From Monocercomonoides exilis PA203 (taxonomy: Eukaryota; Protista; Preaxostyla): 64,000 nt of DNA. The notes beneath the pieces were generated by a model. That model had not been told where the DNA came from, did not search any database, and saw only the letters and a list, made by a program, of their open reading frames with translations. The stretch covers positions 2,170,001 to 2,234,000 of the forward strand of contig LSRY02000002.1 in NCBI GenBank assembly GCA_001643675.2, in the 5' to 3' direction. Position numbers and translations under genes: made by a program. Positions 1-15,000 of this stretch are shown one piece after another (the first letter of the stretch is position 1; each line of letters starts with the position of its first letter).

Positions 1-1
1 G

Positions 2-3000
2 ATTGAACGAGTGAAAGCAGAGGCAGAAGAGAAACTGGCTGAAAAGGAGAAGGAAGCAGAGGAGCTGAGGCGGAGAATTGGCGAAGCAGAGAAAGAAAAC
101 GAGGAGCTGATTGAAGAAAGAGGGGATTTGGAGCGGAGGGTGAGTGAAAGCGAGAGGGGGAGTGTGAACATGAAGATGAGGATCAAAGAAGCAGAAGAGG
201 CAGCGGCGGAGGAGAAGATGAAGGCGAGGGAGGCGATGGAGAAACTGAGGGAGGAAGAGGAGAACCGAAGAGACATCGAAGAGAAGAAGCGTGCAATTGA
301 GCAGGATCTGATTGAAGTCAACTCGGAAATGGAGCGAATGCGGGAGGAGAACGAGAAGCTGATGAAGGAGAAAGAGGAAGAGCTGGCTGCGCTGATGAAG
401 AAGCTGAAGCAGACAGAACAAGAACGCAATGACTTGATAGAAGTGCGAGATGGAACGCAACTTGAGTTGGATGTGACGAAAGATGCGAAGGCAGAACTGG
501 GAAGGCAGCTGCAGGAGAAGAGCGAGATGGTGGAGAGGCTGAAGAAAGAGCTGAAAGACGCCGAAGAGCAAAGTGCGAAGGAGATGGAGACGATGAGCGG
601 GATGGCAGAGATGATCCGGCTGGAAGAAGTGGCAAAGACGAAAGACGCGCTGGAGAAGCTGGGCAGCACTGAGGAGAAGCTGGTGGCGGCAGATGAGCGA
701 GGGAATGCGCTTGAGAAGGAGCTGAGGCTGACGAAGGAGGAGATGAACGGGCAGATTGCAGAGCTTACAAATGCCAATGAAGAGTTGAAGAAGAATTTGA
801 GTGATGTGAATGGAGAATTGAATATTCAGGTGCAAAAATTAAGAGAGACAGAAAATAAATTGACAGAAGAAGAGGAATCAAGAAATGAGTTCACTCGAAA
901 GTTTGAAGAAGAAAGCAAAAGAGCAAACAACCAGGAAGAATTGTTCAAAAATGAGGAGGCGAAAAGAATTCACTTGGAAGACGAAATAAAAATGATGAAC
1001 AACCAAAAAGCAGAATTAGAGAATCAGATTGCGAACTTTGTGAAAGAACTTGCAACTGAGCGGGAAAATATCAACCAACGTGACAATCAACTGAAAGAGA
1101 AAGAGAACACGATCAACGAAATAACACAGAAATACCAGCAGACGCTTTCTTCACTCAACAATACAGAAGAGCAATTGAAAGCAACTCAAACAGAACTCTC
1201 TGATGTCAAAGCGACAAACAACAATCTTTCAATGAAATTAGCAGCAGAAGAGGAAAGAGCAAAAGCAGCTGAGCAAAGAGAAGCTGCTCTGAATGGAGGA
1301 AAAGCAGAACTTGAGCAGACACTCCAGGAAATAAACAAGCAGAGAGCGAATGAGAACGAAGAGGCAGCAAATACAATCAATCAGTTGAAGCAAAAGGAAC
1401 AAGAAAAGATAAAAGAAATGGAAATGTTTAAACAAGAAGCAGAAAAGACAAAACTTTCATTGACCAAACAGATTGAGAAAGAGCAAAGTGAAAAGAAAGA
1501 ACTTGAAGAGAAGCTGAACAATGCACAAGCACTCACAGCTGCTGCTAACCTCAAAATTGCATCTGATTTGGAGGAAATGCATCAATTAAATGCAAAAATA
1601 GCAGATCTGTCGAATCAGATGGAAGAAGAGAAGAAGAGAGAGATGGAGAAAGAGAAGCTTTTGAACCAAGAAAAGGGAAATTTGGAATCTCAACTGAAAA
1701 CAATGGAATCAAACTATGAGGAAGCCACAAAGACAATCGATGCTCTTAAAACAGAGATTGATGCGTCAAAGAAACACAATGAAGAATTGGAAGAGGAGAA
1801 AAAGAAGCTGACAGATGAGCTTATATCAAAAGAGAATCATATAACTGAGGCTGAGATGAAATTGACAGAGAAGGAAAAAGAAGCAGCTGAACAGCAACAA
1901 CTTGCAAGCAAATTTGAGAATGAAGCGACAAAATTGAGAGAAGAGAAGGAAAATGTGGAGAAGCAATGCGAAGAAGCGAAAGAAGAAGTTTCTGCAATCA
2001 AACAGGAAAGAGATAAAACAGCGGAAGAATTATCAAATTTGACTGAAAAACAACAAAAAGTTGAGAATCAGTTGAAAGAGACAGAGAACAAACTGAATGA
2101 TTCAGAGAAAGTTGTGAATGAGCTGAATAACAAACTGGAGTCAACAAAGGAGAAGGAAGAAAAGGAAATTGAGAGATTGAAGGAAGATTTGAATTCAGCG
2201 AATTCAAAATGTGTGTTGATGGAAGCAGAAATGAATGAAGTGAAAGAGAAAGCTGTGAAATCTGAGGCTGATCTGAATGAGAAAGAGGAAGAAATGAATA
2301 AATTGAAGAATGAGATGGAGCAGATGAAGGAAGAGAATTTGACTGTTAAAGAGAAACTTGATGAGAGCGAGAAAGAAAAAGCAGGGAAATCAAATGAATT
2401 GAGCAAAACACAAACACATTTGGAGGAAGTTGAAGAGAAGCTGAAGATGAATGAAGAGAGAATTAAACATCTGCAGGATGATATTGAGAAGCAAAATGAA
2501 GAAAATAGCACACTCAAAGAAGAACAGAGACATTTGACTGAAGAATTGTCGTCTTTGAAAGAAGGACAGAACTCAATTGAAGTCAACTTGAGAGAAGCAG
2601 AAGAAGAACTGAAGAAAGAGAAAAACGAATCTGAACGATTAAGAAATGAGCTAATGAATGCGAAAGAGGAGAAAGAGAAAGAGATACAAGAATTGAAGTT
2701 GATGCTGTCAACAGAAGAAGCAAAGCAAAGTCAGTTAGAGGAAGATTTGAAAACAGCACAAGAAAAAGCAAAAGCAGCTGAGACAGAACTGGAAGAGAGT
2801 AAATTGGAGATTGAGAGTATAAATAAAGAGAAAGAAGATATTTCAATGGAAAGAGAAAAGGAGATGAAAGAGATGAATGAAATGAAGGAAAAGTTGTCAG
2901 ATCAAGAAAAAGCTAAAGAAGCAGTTGAAAATGAACTTAATGAAAAAGGGAAAATGCTATTGGAAGTGCAACAAGCCAATGAATCTTTAAAGGAAGAGAA

Positions 3001-6000
3001 TGAGAAAGCTGTTAAAGAGATAAATGAACTTAAAGAAGAGAATGCTGCATCTTCAATGAAGAGTGAAAGTGATCAGGTGAAATTGAAAGAAATGACTGAG
3101 AATTTGACTCAGAAGGAGGAAGAGATTGTTCACTTGAAAGAGAAGAAAGAAGAAATAGAAGCGAATTTAACGAATCTTCAAACAGAAATTGAAAGCGTCA
3201 AATCAGAAAGAGATCAAAAAGCAGAAGAAATTGCAAAGATTAGTGAAAGCAAGCAGATTATTGAGGCTCAATTAAAAGAAGTGGAAGATGAAATGAACAA
3301 CTCAAAAGATGAAATGAGTGAGTTGAATGCGAAATTAGCAAAAGTCGAAGAAGAGAAAACAAAAGCAATAGAAGAAATGAAGCAAGAATTGAATTCTGTT
3401 AATTCGAAATGTGCTTCTGTTGAAGCAGAATTGAAAGAGGTTAAAGAAAAAGAAGCTATTTCAGAAAAGGAGATAAAAGCGAAAGAAGAAGAATTAGCAG
3501 AGCTGAAGACTGAAATGGAACAAGTGAAAGAAGAGAACAAGGCAGTTAAAGAGAAATTTGAAGAAAATGAAAGAATAAAAGAGGAAAAATCAAAAGAGTT
3601 GAAAGATAAAGAAGAACAATTGAAAGAAACGGAAGAGATGATAAATGCACTAAAAGAGGAGAATAAAACAACATTAGAGAAATTAAACGAAGCAAACTCA
3701 GCAATCACTAACAAAGATGAAGCAATAGAAAATTACAGAAAAGAGATGGAAGATATGAAAAAGGAAAAAGATAGCTTGAATGAAGAATTATCGTTGATGA
3801 CAGAGAAAGAAAAGACAACAGAAGATAAATTGAACAAAGCTGTAGAAGAACTGGAAACAGTCAAAAACGAAAAGATTAGCGAAAAGGAAACATTTGAAAA
3901 AGAGATTGAAGAACTTCGAGTTCAAATTGAGACAGAAAAGAAAGAGAATGAAAAGCATTTGAGCGAATTAAACGACACAAAAGAAGCTAAAATGAACACA
4001 TTATCAGAAATTGTGGCGCTTCAAGCACTTGTGAAGACTGCAGAAGACAAAACGAATGAAAAAGAAGTGGAGATTTCTCAAATCAGAAAGCAATTAGAAC
4101 AGTTTGAAGAGGAAAACAAAGTAGTTACGCAAGAAAGAGATGCCTTGAAAGAAGATTTGGAGAAATCGAAAGAGGAAAATGTTGCATTACAGACACAGCA
4201 TGAGAAGGCAGTTGATGAATTAAACACAAAATTGAGTGAGGGAACAGCAGAAAACGAACAAACTGTGCAAAAACTGAGCCAAAGTCTGTCTGAAGAGCAA
4301 AGGAAATCAGAGGAGCTAACAAATAGTATATCAAATATGGAAAAGGAATTGAATGCAAAGAGTGAAGAAGTTGAGAGAGTTAATTTAGAGATTGAAACAA
4401 TTAAGAAAGCAAATGAAGAGGAGATGGCTTCTATTAAAAACAGATTGAATGAACTTGAGAAGGAGAAGGAAGCAGAAGCAGAAGAACTGAAGAAAGAAAG
4501 GGAAGCAGTAATTTCATTGAAGACATTAGTTTCAGAAGCAAATGAAGAGAAAGAGAAGCTTTCAGAAGAAATGAATGCTTTGAAAGAAGAACACACAAAA
4601 ACATTGAATGAAATGAACACTGCAAAAGAGGAGAATGAAAAGGCTGCTGCTGAATTAACTGTATTACAAACAAAGATAAACGAATTGGAAGAGAAATCCA
4701 AAGAGAATGAAGAAATATCTTCTCAATTGCAACAAAACATAACAGTATTAGAAGAGAAATTGAATGCTGAAAAAACTGAAAAGGAGAAACTTATGAATGA
4801 ATTATCAGATTCAACAAACAAATTCGATTCGACAAACGAGGAGCATCTTGAATTAAAAGAGAAATACGAAAAATTGGAGAAGGAAAAGATTGAACTGACA
4901 CAGCAATTGACTGAGCAAAAAACAGAAAGAGAAAGAGAAGCAGTTGCTCTTCAAGAAGAGATTGAATTAAGTCAAAAGAAACTGAATGAGGCTGAAGGGA
5001 TGCTGAGAGAGGCAGAAGCAAAAGCAGCTAAATCTGAAGCTGAGCTGGAGGCAAAGAACGAGGAAGTGCAAAAACTGCAGCTTGGAAGTGAAAAATTAGT
5101 AGCTCAAATAAAAGAAGTTGAAAACGAGAAACAAGAAAAAACGGAAGAATATGAAAAAGTGAAGAATGAATTTGAGCAAGTTATCGAGGAAAGAAAGAAG
5201 GAAAAAGAGCTTCTGGAACAAGATGCGGAAGATCTGAAGAAGAAAGTTAGCATTTTGAATGAAGAAATCGAAAACATTACGAATGAAAAGAACAAAAACC
5301 AGGAAGAGAAAGAGAAAGCGCAACAAGAAGTGGTTGCTGCTCAGTCTTTGCTGGATGAATCCAAAGAGAAATTAGAAAAGAACGAAGAGTCATTGAATCT
5401 TCTTAATCAACAAATTGAAGAATCGGAAAAGGAAAAGGAGAAAATGAATGAGGAAAGAAAACAATTGATTGAAGAATCCGAAAGATTGAAAGAAGAAAAA
5501 GATGCAAAAGAACAAAAACTCAAAGAAACAGAAGAAAAGCTGATGAAAGCGGAAACAGATGTAAATCAACTGAAAGATAGCTTTTCTCAACAAATTGATG
5601 AAAAGGATGTTCAAATAAAAGAACTTCAGGAATCATTACTTGCTGAACAGGCAAAGACAAGTGAAATGATAGAGAAATTGAATGAATCAGAGGAGAAATC
5701 AAGATTAGTCAGAGAAGAAGCTGAAAGCAAAGCAATAGAATTAGAAAAGATTGCTCAATCAAAAGATACAATTTCTGAAGAAAATGAAGCGAAATTTAGT
5801 GAATTGAATGTTAAGTTCGTTCAACTCGAAGAAACAAACAAAGAAATGAAGAAAGAACATGAAGAGCTGACTTCAATGAATGAAAAACTACAACAAGCAA
5901 ATGAAACATTGACAAAAGAAAAAGAACAACTTGCCTCAGAATTGCAAAGCGAACAAGAAAAGAATGCGAAATATTCTGATGATTTGAGGGTGCATCAAGA

Positions 6001-9000
6001 ACAGGTGCAAAAAATGGCTGAAGAGAAGACTGCAGCTGATGAAGCAAAAGAAAAAGAGATCGAAGAAATGAGGAAGCAATACGAATCAACACAACGTATT
6101 GTTGAAGACCTTGAACGATTGAACAAGCAACTGAACGAAGAGAAGGAAAGATTGAATGCTCAAATAGAGAAAAATGCTCAAGAGATTCTCATTGCAGAAG
6201 CAGAAAAGAACAACTTTGCTGCATTTATGGCGCAGGCTTCGACAGAAGCAGAAGTCAAAGCAAAAGAACATCAAACTGAAAAGGAGAAGTTACAAAGTGA
6301 AATGGAAGAGATTCAAAGGGAGTTAGAAGAAAAGAACAATCAACTTGTATTGTTGATTGCAGCAGATGCTGAATTGAAGAAAGAAGTCGATCTTTTAAGA
6401 GAAGAATGTGACACTGCAAAAGAAGAGAACAAGAAACTTCAGGAAAATCTAAATGACAAAACAGAATTGAATGAAAAATTAGCAGCAGCTGAACAGGCTT
6501 TGATAATTGAACGAGAAAAAACACGAACGACAGAAGAAGAAATAAATGAACTGCAAAAACAGAAAATGGAGATTGAAGCAAAGATTCAAGAAATGAATGA
6601 AGTAATTGTTAAAGTTATGAAAGAGAAGGAGATAATAAGCAAAGAGAAAGATGAAGAATTAAATCAATTGAAAGAAGAAATGAAGAAAATAGAGGAAGAA
6701 GAAAAATCTCAGTCTGCCTTGGATGAGTCTGCCAACATCGAAGCTATGCAAAAAGAAAAACAACAATTTGAAGTCGAAAAAGAAGAGTTGCTGAAAGAGA
6801 TTAGTGAATTAAATCTTTCTAAAACAGCACTTGAACAAAGCTCCAACGACTTTGAGAGACAACTCGAAGAAGAAAAGAAGCATTTGGCAGAAGTTGAAGA
6901 AAAAGCAAGAAAAGCAGAGGAACAATTGGAGAACACTGAGAAGGAACTTGAAGCTGTGAAAGAAGAGAGGCACAAGGAGAAAACTGAAGCAGAGCAGAAG
7001 ATATCAACACTGGAGCAGTTATTGAGACAGGAGCAAGTGAAGCTGAAGGAGTTGGAGTTTGACTATTCGAGGGTAGCAGAGAAGAAGAGCAGAATGGAAG
7101 CAGAGATGGAGGAACAGAACCAAAAGATGGACAAAATCCGAAAGGGAAAGGAGAATCTGATTGAAGAGAATGAGAACATGATAACAGAAATGAGGGAGAA
7201 GATCAGAGCACTGGAGAGAGACAAGGATGCAATGGAGGCGCAGATGCGGGAGACGATACAGAAAATGGAGATTGAAAGGGAAAAAGTGAAGTTGGAGGAG
7301 GCGAAGAAGAAGATGGAAGAAGAAGCAGCGAGGCAGATGACAGAGAGGATGAAGATGATACGTGAAGAGAACGAGAAGGATCTTCAGCAGTTTAGAGAAC
7401 AGCAGGCAAAGGACATTGAAATTATGAGAGCACAACTGATTGAGCTGAAGAGCTCATTGCAGATGGGGCGGACGCAGACAAACGAGGACAAAAATACCAA
7501 TCCGGACATACAAGAAGAGGAGGAGGAAGAGCAGGAGACGAAGAACAGAGAAGAGAAAGCAGCGAAGATTGATCAAATTTTGGATCAGACATCCACTTTG
7601 ATGAAACTGGGTGATGATGAGATTGCGACAATAAGAGGAAGAATGAATGAATTTAAACTAGTGAACGAGCCAGCAACCGCAGACAATGAGCAAAATGTAT
7701 CTGAAGAGGCAAATGTTCAGAGGGAATCTCAAATGATTGAGAAAAGTAGCTCTACTTGTCCAGGAGATGATGATGATGAAGAGAGAGCTAAAGAATCTTC
7801 AAGTGAACTCTTTGAGGAAGATGAAAAAGAAGAAGTTGATGAAGCAATTGATAAGAGAGAAAAGGAAAATGAGATTGTGAGACTAAAACAAGAGATTGAA
7901 GTCCTTCGAAAGAGGCAAGAAGAAATGATACAGGAGAATGAAAGGATGAAAGAAGAAAAAGAGCAAGTTGAAAAAGAGAAAGAAGAAATGACAGTCAAAC
8001 TAAGAGGAAAAGATGAGGAACTTGTAAAGATTTGCGAGAAGATGGGAATTGATGAAAAGGAACTGAAGAACAATGAAGAATCTATGTGTTTGATGAATAC
8101 CGAATATGTAAAGAAAAACGTTGAAGGCGAAGGAATGGAAATGAAAGAAGAGAAAGCTTCAGTTCCAAAACAACATGAAGGAAAAGGAAAAGAAGAAGAA
8201 CCACGAACTATTGAGGAGCAAAAGGAAAAAGAAGAAAGAGGATATTTGAGTATTCCAAAAGAAGACAATTTAATTTTGAAAGGTAATATTGAAGAAAAGG
8301 AAGTAGAAGGAAATAAGAAAATAACTCCAAAAGAAGAATGCATAGAAGAAGAAAATCAAGCCAATATAAAAGAAGAGATTGAACCTAAATCAACAACATC
8401 TCATTTACTGATCAAAACAGATGAAACTGTGAGGGAGAAAGAGACGTTGGAAAAGCTGTTGAAAGAAGAAAAGGAGAGGAGAAAGAAAGAAGAAGAAAAA
8501 GGAGCCGTTTCAGAAGCGAGAACAAAAGAACTGGAAGAAGAGATCGTGAGATTGCGAATGGAGTTGAGGAGCACAAAAGCAAAGAATGAAGAAGGACAGG
8601 CAAAAGAAGAAAATAAGGGAGTTGTTTCAACATCGATGTTGTTAGTGAAGAATGCAGAAGGAAATGAAGCATCAATAGAACAAACAAGACAAGCAATTTC
8701 AGATACTGAATCAACTGAAAACGAGATGAAAGCAGAAAGTGTGAATGAAGAAATAACTGAAGGCAGGAAAGAAGAAGAAAGTGTATCAAACAAATTGATG
8801 ATTATAGAGAATATAAAAAAAGGTGAACCCGAAGAAATGAAATGTGAAAAATCAAACAAGCCAAAAGAACTGTTAGAAAAAAATGAGAAAGAGGAAGGAA
8901 ATGAAAGCTCGGAATTAGTTGAGGCAAGAAAAGAGCAAATAGATGAAGAAATTGCGGATGTTTCTAAGTCGAAAGAAATGAAAGACGAAAAGAGTGAGGA

Positions 9001-12000
9001 TGAAGCGAGAATCGAGACAAAAGAAACAAAACAGAAAGTTTTCCAGGAAACAACAGGCAAACAAACAGAAATAGAAGAAGCAGACATCTCATTAGAGAAA
9101 GTGCAGGAACTTATGCAAAAGATCGAGGAGCTGGAAAATGAACTGAAAACAGAAAGAGCGAAACATCATAATGAAGGAAAACAATCCAAAAGAATCGACG
9201 AAAGAATGACAGAAAAAATCGAACGCGATGATAATGAAGCAAAATCAAGTGATTCTTTTCACTTTGAAAAGGATCACAAGGAATATACAAAGAGCGAAAG
9301 AGGGATATCTGAACAAGAAATGATGGAGAATGAGAAGAATGAAGAAGGAAATCAAAAGAATGGAATGTTTACAACGAATGTTTTAATTTTATCCCCTGAA
9401 GAAGAGAAAGAGAAACAAGAAAAGAAAGATAAAGAAGCTGGAAAGGAAAAAGAGCCTTCAACCGAAGAAGTTAAACGCAACAAAGTTCAAGAAAGCAGAG
9501 AAAAAGATCAAATGGACAAATTGTCAGAAGTTGCTGAAGAAGAGAAGGATGAAGATAAACACGAAAAAGTCGAAAGAAAAGAAAACAAACTTGACAAAGC
9601 AAAAGAAGAAGATGAAAAGGCAAAAGAAACTTCATGCGCTCAAGGCGATGCAACATTGGCTGCAGCCAAAGACAGAAAAAGGAAAGCTAATGAACACAAA
9701 GAATTCGATTCTTATGAGAATGGAATGAAATCTCCACAAGAAGAAAATGATTCAGAACAACAAGAAGTGAAAGTTATTGATCAAATTGCTGCTCTCCAAC
9801 AAGCTTTGAATTCTGCAAACGAAAAGCTAAAAGACGCCGAAATTGAAAAAGAGCAACTGATGAAAGAGAACAAATCTTTGACTCAAGTTCTGCAAGAACA
9901 TGAAATTGACTTAAGTGAATTTAAAGGCTCAATGAAAGAAAGAGAAGTGTCGATGGAACAAATGAAGCACACACCCGAGATAACAACTGAAACAACTTTA
10001 ATTGAAAGCAAAAGCAAGTTACCTGATTATAGAAAAGAGGAATCCAATGTTCAAACTCAATACGTTGCTGATGCTAAAATCAAAGAAGTTATAAAAATAC
10101 TTCAAAAAGAAGAACCGCTTCAGACAGATTCTGACTTTTCCATCCAAAATACTTCTTTGTTCGAAAAGAATGAGCACACTTTGGAGATTACGACTGATAA
10201 TTCTAATAACTCTATGAAGGAAAGTGAAAAGCAATCTAAACAAGCGTTAATGCAGCTTGGAAATACCATTTCTTCAAACATCCAACCCGCAGTCAACGAA
10301 GAATTGAAAGCTGTTGAAGCTGAAGATTCTCATTTAAAAGAAGAATCTCAACATCTCATGGAGCAGAAACAACCAGAACGTGAAGAAAAAACGCAAAAGG
10401 AATTGAATGAATCTTCAACTAATTCAAAAGAAACTTCATCAACAACAATTCAAAATGAGAATGCACAAGTTGAAGGAAAAACAGAGCCTTGCGATGAAAA
10501 AGAAACAACCCAACTCGCAAAGAATGAAGTTAATAAGGAAATTCGTTCAGATAAGAGGATGCTGAGTGCAAATACTCAAAACATTGAAACGAATAAACAA
10601 ATGGCCACATTAATTCCACAAATCGAACAGAAAAGCGAAGCTTCAAATGTAAATGCTGCAAAAACAGAAGAAAATGAAAAGAATCTTTTGGATAAAGAAG
10701 TTGCATCGACTGTCTGTGTAAATGAGGAGGAAACGGAAATGGATAAACCTCACTTTGTTGAAAAAGAACAAAAAGAAACTGAAAGAAGTGTCGATCATTT
10801 TGAATCAGTGCAGAAAACAGAAAGGGAAAGCTTAGCAGAACAAAGCGAGGATCAGATGATAACAGAAAACAAACCAAAACACGCGTCATTTGCTGTCTTA
10901 GAGAATGAGAGTTCAGCACTTGAACATAACGAAGATGAAGAAATTATCGAAACGAATAAAAACGGTAAAGTTGAAGTATTTGTTTATGCAACAGAAAGCA
11001 AATCTAAAGCCACAGAATGTGAAAAGGAAATTGAGAATGATCGAAGAGAAATGAAGAGAAACGAAGCGAAAGAGGATGAAATTGAAAAAGAGAACAAAGT
11101 CAATGAGGAATTAGCAGATGAAATACAATTAGATGATAAATCTTCTATTGCACAATTGCTCTTAAATCAGCAAAAGCTTCAAGTCGAATTAGAGCAAGTG
11201 AGGAAAGAGAGAGATGAGTTGAACAAAAAGGTTGCAGAATATGAAAGGATTAAGCAAAACGAATCTTCAGCAGAATTAATTCAGCCAATGAGTCAAATAA
11301 CATCTACAAATGATGACGTTAAAGCAGAATTTAAATCAGAAGATTCAAAGAGATCATTCTCTGAAACAAAAGAAAAAGAAGAGCAAACAGATGAGTCTTG
11401 TATCGAGCAACAAAGCGAAAGAAATTCTTTTGAAGAGGAAAAAAGCGTATTTACTGATTCTGATGAAAGAAAAGTCTCTTATACTTTTGCTGTGTCGAAA
11501 CAACATTCAATTACACCTGAAATAACTGAAGATGCAAAAACATCTCAAAATTCTGAACGAGAAGAGATTAGAACTGAACATGAAACAGAAAGGCAACTAG
11601 TCTCATCTTTGGAGCAAGAGGAAGATGATTCAAAGAGAGAGAAACAAGAACTGAAAGAGAAAACTGGTGAAGAGAAAGAAAACAACACTCCGAAAGATGA
11701 GATTTCTTATGATCATAAGGAAAAATCGAGAATAGTTCAGTCTGAATTGAATGTTCAGCTGCCAGAAGAAAATGGTAACAACGATTTGATGCAATCCGAG
11801 AAAACCAGCGAAACAAAATCAGAAATGACTGAAAAGAAAATTGAAGAAAAAGAATCACAAGATCATTCTGAAAAAGTAATCAGCGACATTTCTTTTGAAC
11901 ATAACAGTCAGCAAATCCAATCAAACGAACAAAGTATTGAAGAAGATACTGACAAGGAGAAGACTGAAAAAGAACTTGTGCCAATATTTGTTCATTCAAC

Positions 12001-15000
12001 ACAAGTGAATGCATCCACTGAAAAGGCAAATGAGACAAAGGATGATAACATTAGAGAATTGGAAGTTCTTCTAAATGAAGAAAGAGAAAAGCGCCTTCAA
12101 GAAGAAAGAAGAGCACAACAACTACTTGAAAAGGCGAAAGAACTGGAATTAGAGTTGAGCCGATTGAAAGAGAAGATGCCAAATGAAGAACATGATGCTG
12201 TTGAAGAGAAAGAAGAGACAGAAAAAGAACATAAAAAAGAACAAGAAATTGAAAAGTTGAGTGTGAAGGTAATTGAAGTTGGGCTATTGACAGAAAGCGT
12301 GAAATGCTCATCGGAGGACAAAATTGAACAAAACTTCAAAGAGGAAAGTGAAGACAAAGATGAAAAGAGTAGCAAAGGAGAAAAATTTGAAAAAGAAGAA
12401 ACGAAAGAAAAACAAGTAAATGAAAAAGAATTTGAAACAACGAAAGAGGAAATGATTGCTGAAAATGAAAAAGATTTGCAGAAGGAAACATTTATAAGTA
12501 ATTATTCATCAGAACAGGCACCTGCAGCAGAAGCATCAACAGAACAAATTGCATTACTTGTTGAATTTGAGAAAGTGAAAAAGGAGAGAGATGAACTGAA
12601 AAAGAGAGTTAGCGAATTAGAATCATCCAACAAAATGATGATGCAGCAGCAAGATAATCAAGAATATGCTCTCGAAGCAACAATGGACAAACAAGCAAGA
12701 GATGAAATGCTGAATGAAAAAACACACAAAACAAAAGAAACCGAAGAAGAATTTCTTTCTGAGAACACTGATGAGCAAGAATATCAGAGCAGTTCTGATC
12801 GAGAATCATTTGATTTTGAACCTCTGTTACAAACGAGGAAAACAATCAGTGAAGAAGATAGTCCTCTTCGGGAAGATAAACAAGGAAAGCAAAAAGAAAA
12901 AAAAGTTCAAATACAAGTTAGTGAATTGCAATTACACGATGTTGGAGATATTAATGAAAGAAACATTGAGGAAATGACAAAAGAAGATAGAAATGTTACA
13001 CAGAAAGAAGATGAGAATGGCAACATTGATGAATCATCTAGAGATACCTTGTTGATTGTGCATAATGAAAGTATGATTAAAAGATGTGAAGATTATTCAA
13101 ATGAAACACAGAAAATCGAAAAACATAAAGACGTTTCTGATTTGAATCGTAAAAGTGCAATTGAAAAATCCGAAGGGAAAGCACAAGACAAAGAGGAAAT
13201 GAAAAAGAAGGAAATGAATGAACAGGAGGATATGAATTCCATTCAAGAGCAAAGAAAAATAAAAGAGAAAGAAGAATCGGCTTCAACACATAAAGACGAT
13301 ATGAATGAAAAGGAAATGAAGGCTGTCACAACAAATAAGGTTGATGGCATTGAACCTGTTATTTTAGGAATGGCTGTAAAAGAGAATGCTCAAGAGATAT
13401 TGAGAGAGATAAACACGATTGTTGATGAAAGAGAAAAGAAGGAAGATGAAAAAGTGGAGGATGAGGCTGCAGAAAGGATGGATAAGGATACCGATGAAAA
13501 GAAAATTGACGCCATAGAAAAGGAAAGCAAAATAGATTCATCATCAATTATATCACAAGAATTAGAGAGAACAAGGAACAGAACAAATGAAGAACAAGGA
13601 GAAGATGAAAGGATGCAACGCACAGAAAAGAAAGATGCCGAAGAAGAAAATATTTCAAATGAAGCTGAAGAAAAAACTATTTTCAATAAAGAGAATTCAA
13701 AAGATGATGAATGCGAATCTGATTCAGCAGGAAAAAGATCAGTTGAAAAAGGAAAGATGAACATTGAAGAATTATATCAGGCTTATGATGCACTGAAAAG
13801 GGAAAATGAATCCATTAAAAACGAGAAAATTGAGTTGGAAGGACAGCTCAATGCAGAAAGAGAAAGGCGTCAAGTTTCAGAAAGTCGAGTTTTGGTTATG
13901 GAGAAGGAAAAGGAATTTCAACCAGAAAACTTTTCTGATGTTTCAACTAATTCTTCTTTGGAAAAAGAGAGAGAAAACGAATTTATAAAAGGAAATACAG
14001 CCTCAAAAACATCGGCACATATTAGCGCAATTAAAGAAAGCTCCGAATCTACAGCAGAAAAAGAAGACATTAAATTCAATGAAGTTGATATCGAAAAAGA
14101 AAGCAAAGACAAAAGCGAAAGCAAAGAGCTAGCATTACGCGACCGAACAATGAATATCGCTGCAAATGAGCATTCAATGGAAACAACAAAAGAAAAGAAA
14201 GCTGCAATTGAAGAAAGTATGGTACATTCAATTGCTGGTAATGTCATCTCTTCATCATCTGAAAATGAGACATTGCTGTTGGATAAAAATTCTGAATATG
14301 TTTCAGGGGAGAGGAATGCAAAATTAGAAGACGCAAAGACAAAAGATTTTGAACATGTAATTGCGATTTCAAATGCAGCAGATAAAAGTGAAAAAGAATA
14401 TATCGAAGGATTGAAGGAAACAGAAGATGAAAATGATTCACAGGAGAGAAAGATGGAAGAAGGGAATGCTTCAAAGAAAGAAACATCAACTAATGCTCCT
14501 ATAATGAACAATAAGACAAAAGATTATAAACTTATTACTAAAACTTCATCATCAATAGACTCTTTGAATGAAGAAAAAGAAGAAGTTGAAAAACTTAAAG
14601 GAAAGAAAGATAAAGAAAGAGAAGAAGATTCTACTTTCTCAGGACAGAATATTTTGGATTCTCCAGATGTGATGAAGAAAGAAGACAAAGCAATTAAATC
14701 AGAAGAAGATAGGAGGAAAGAACTAACAGATGACAATTCAATATTTGATTCAGAAAATGAACAAATCAGAACTGAAGTCGAAGGAAAAATTGAAGGGGCA
14801 AATTCCGATAAAGAAAAACCAAGCAAGAGCAATATTTCTCTATACGAAAAGAACACAGCGACAATTCCAGAATACAATGAAAATGAAAAGGAAAATGAGA
14901 TTGTGAGACTTAAACAAGAGATAGAAGCTCTCCGAAAGGTTCAGGAAGAAATGATACAGGAGAATGAAAGGATGAAAGAAGAAAAAGAGCAAGTTGAAAA

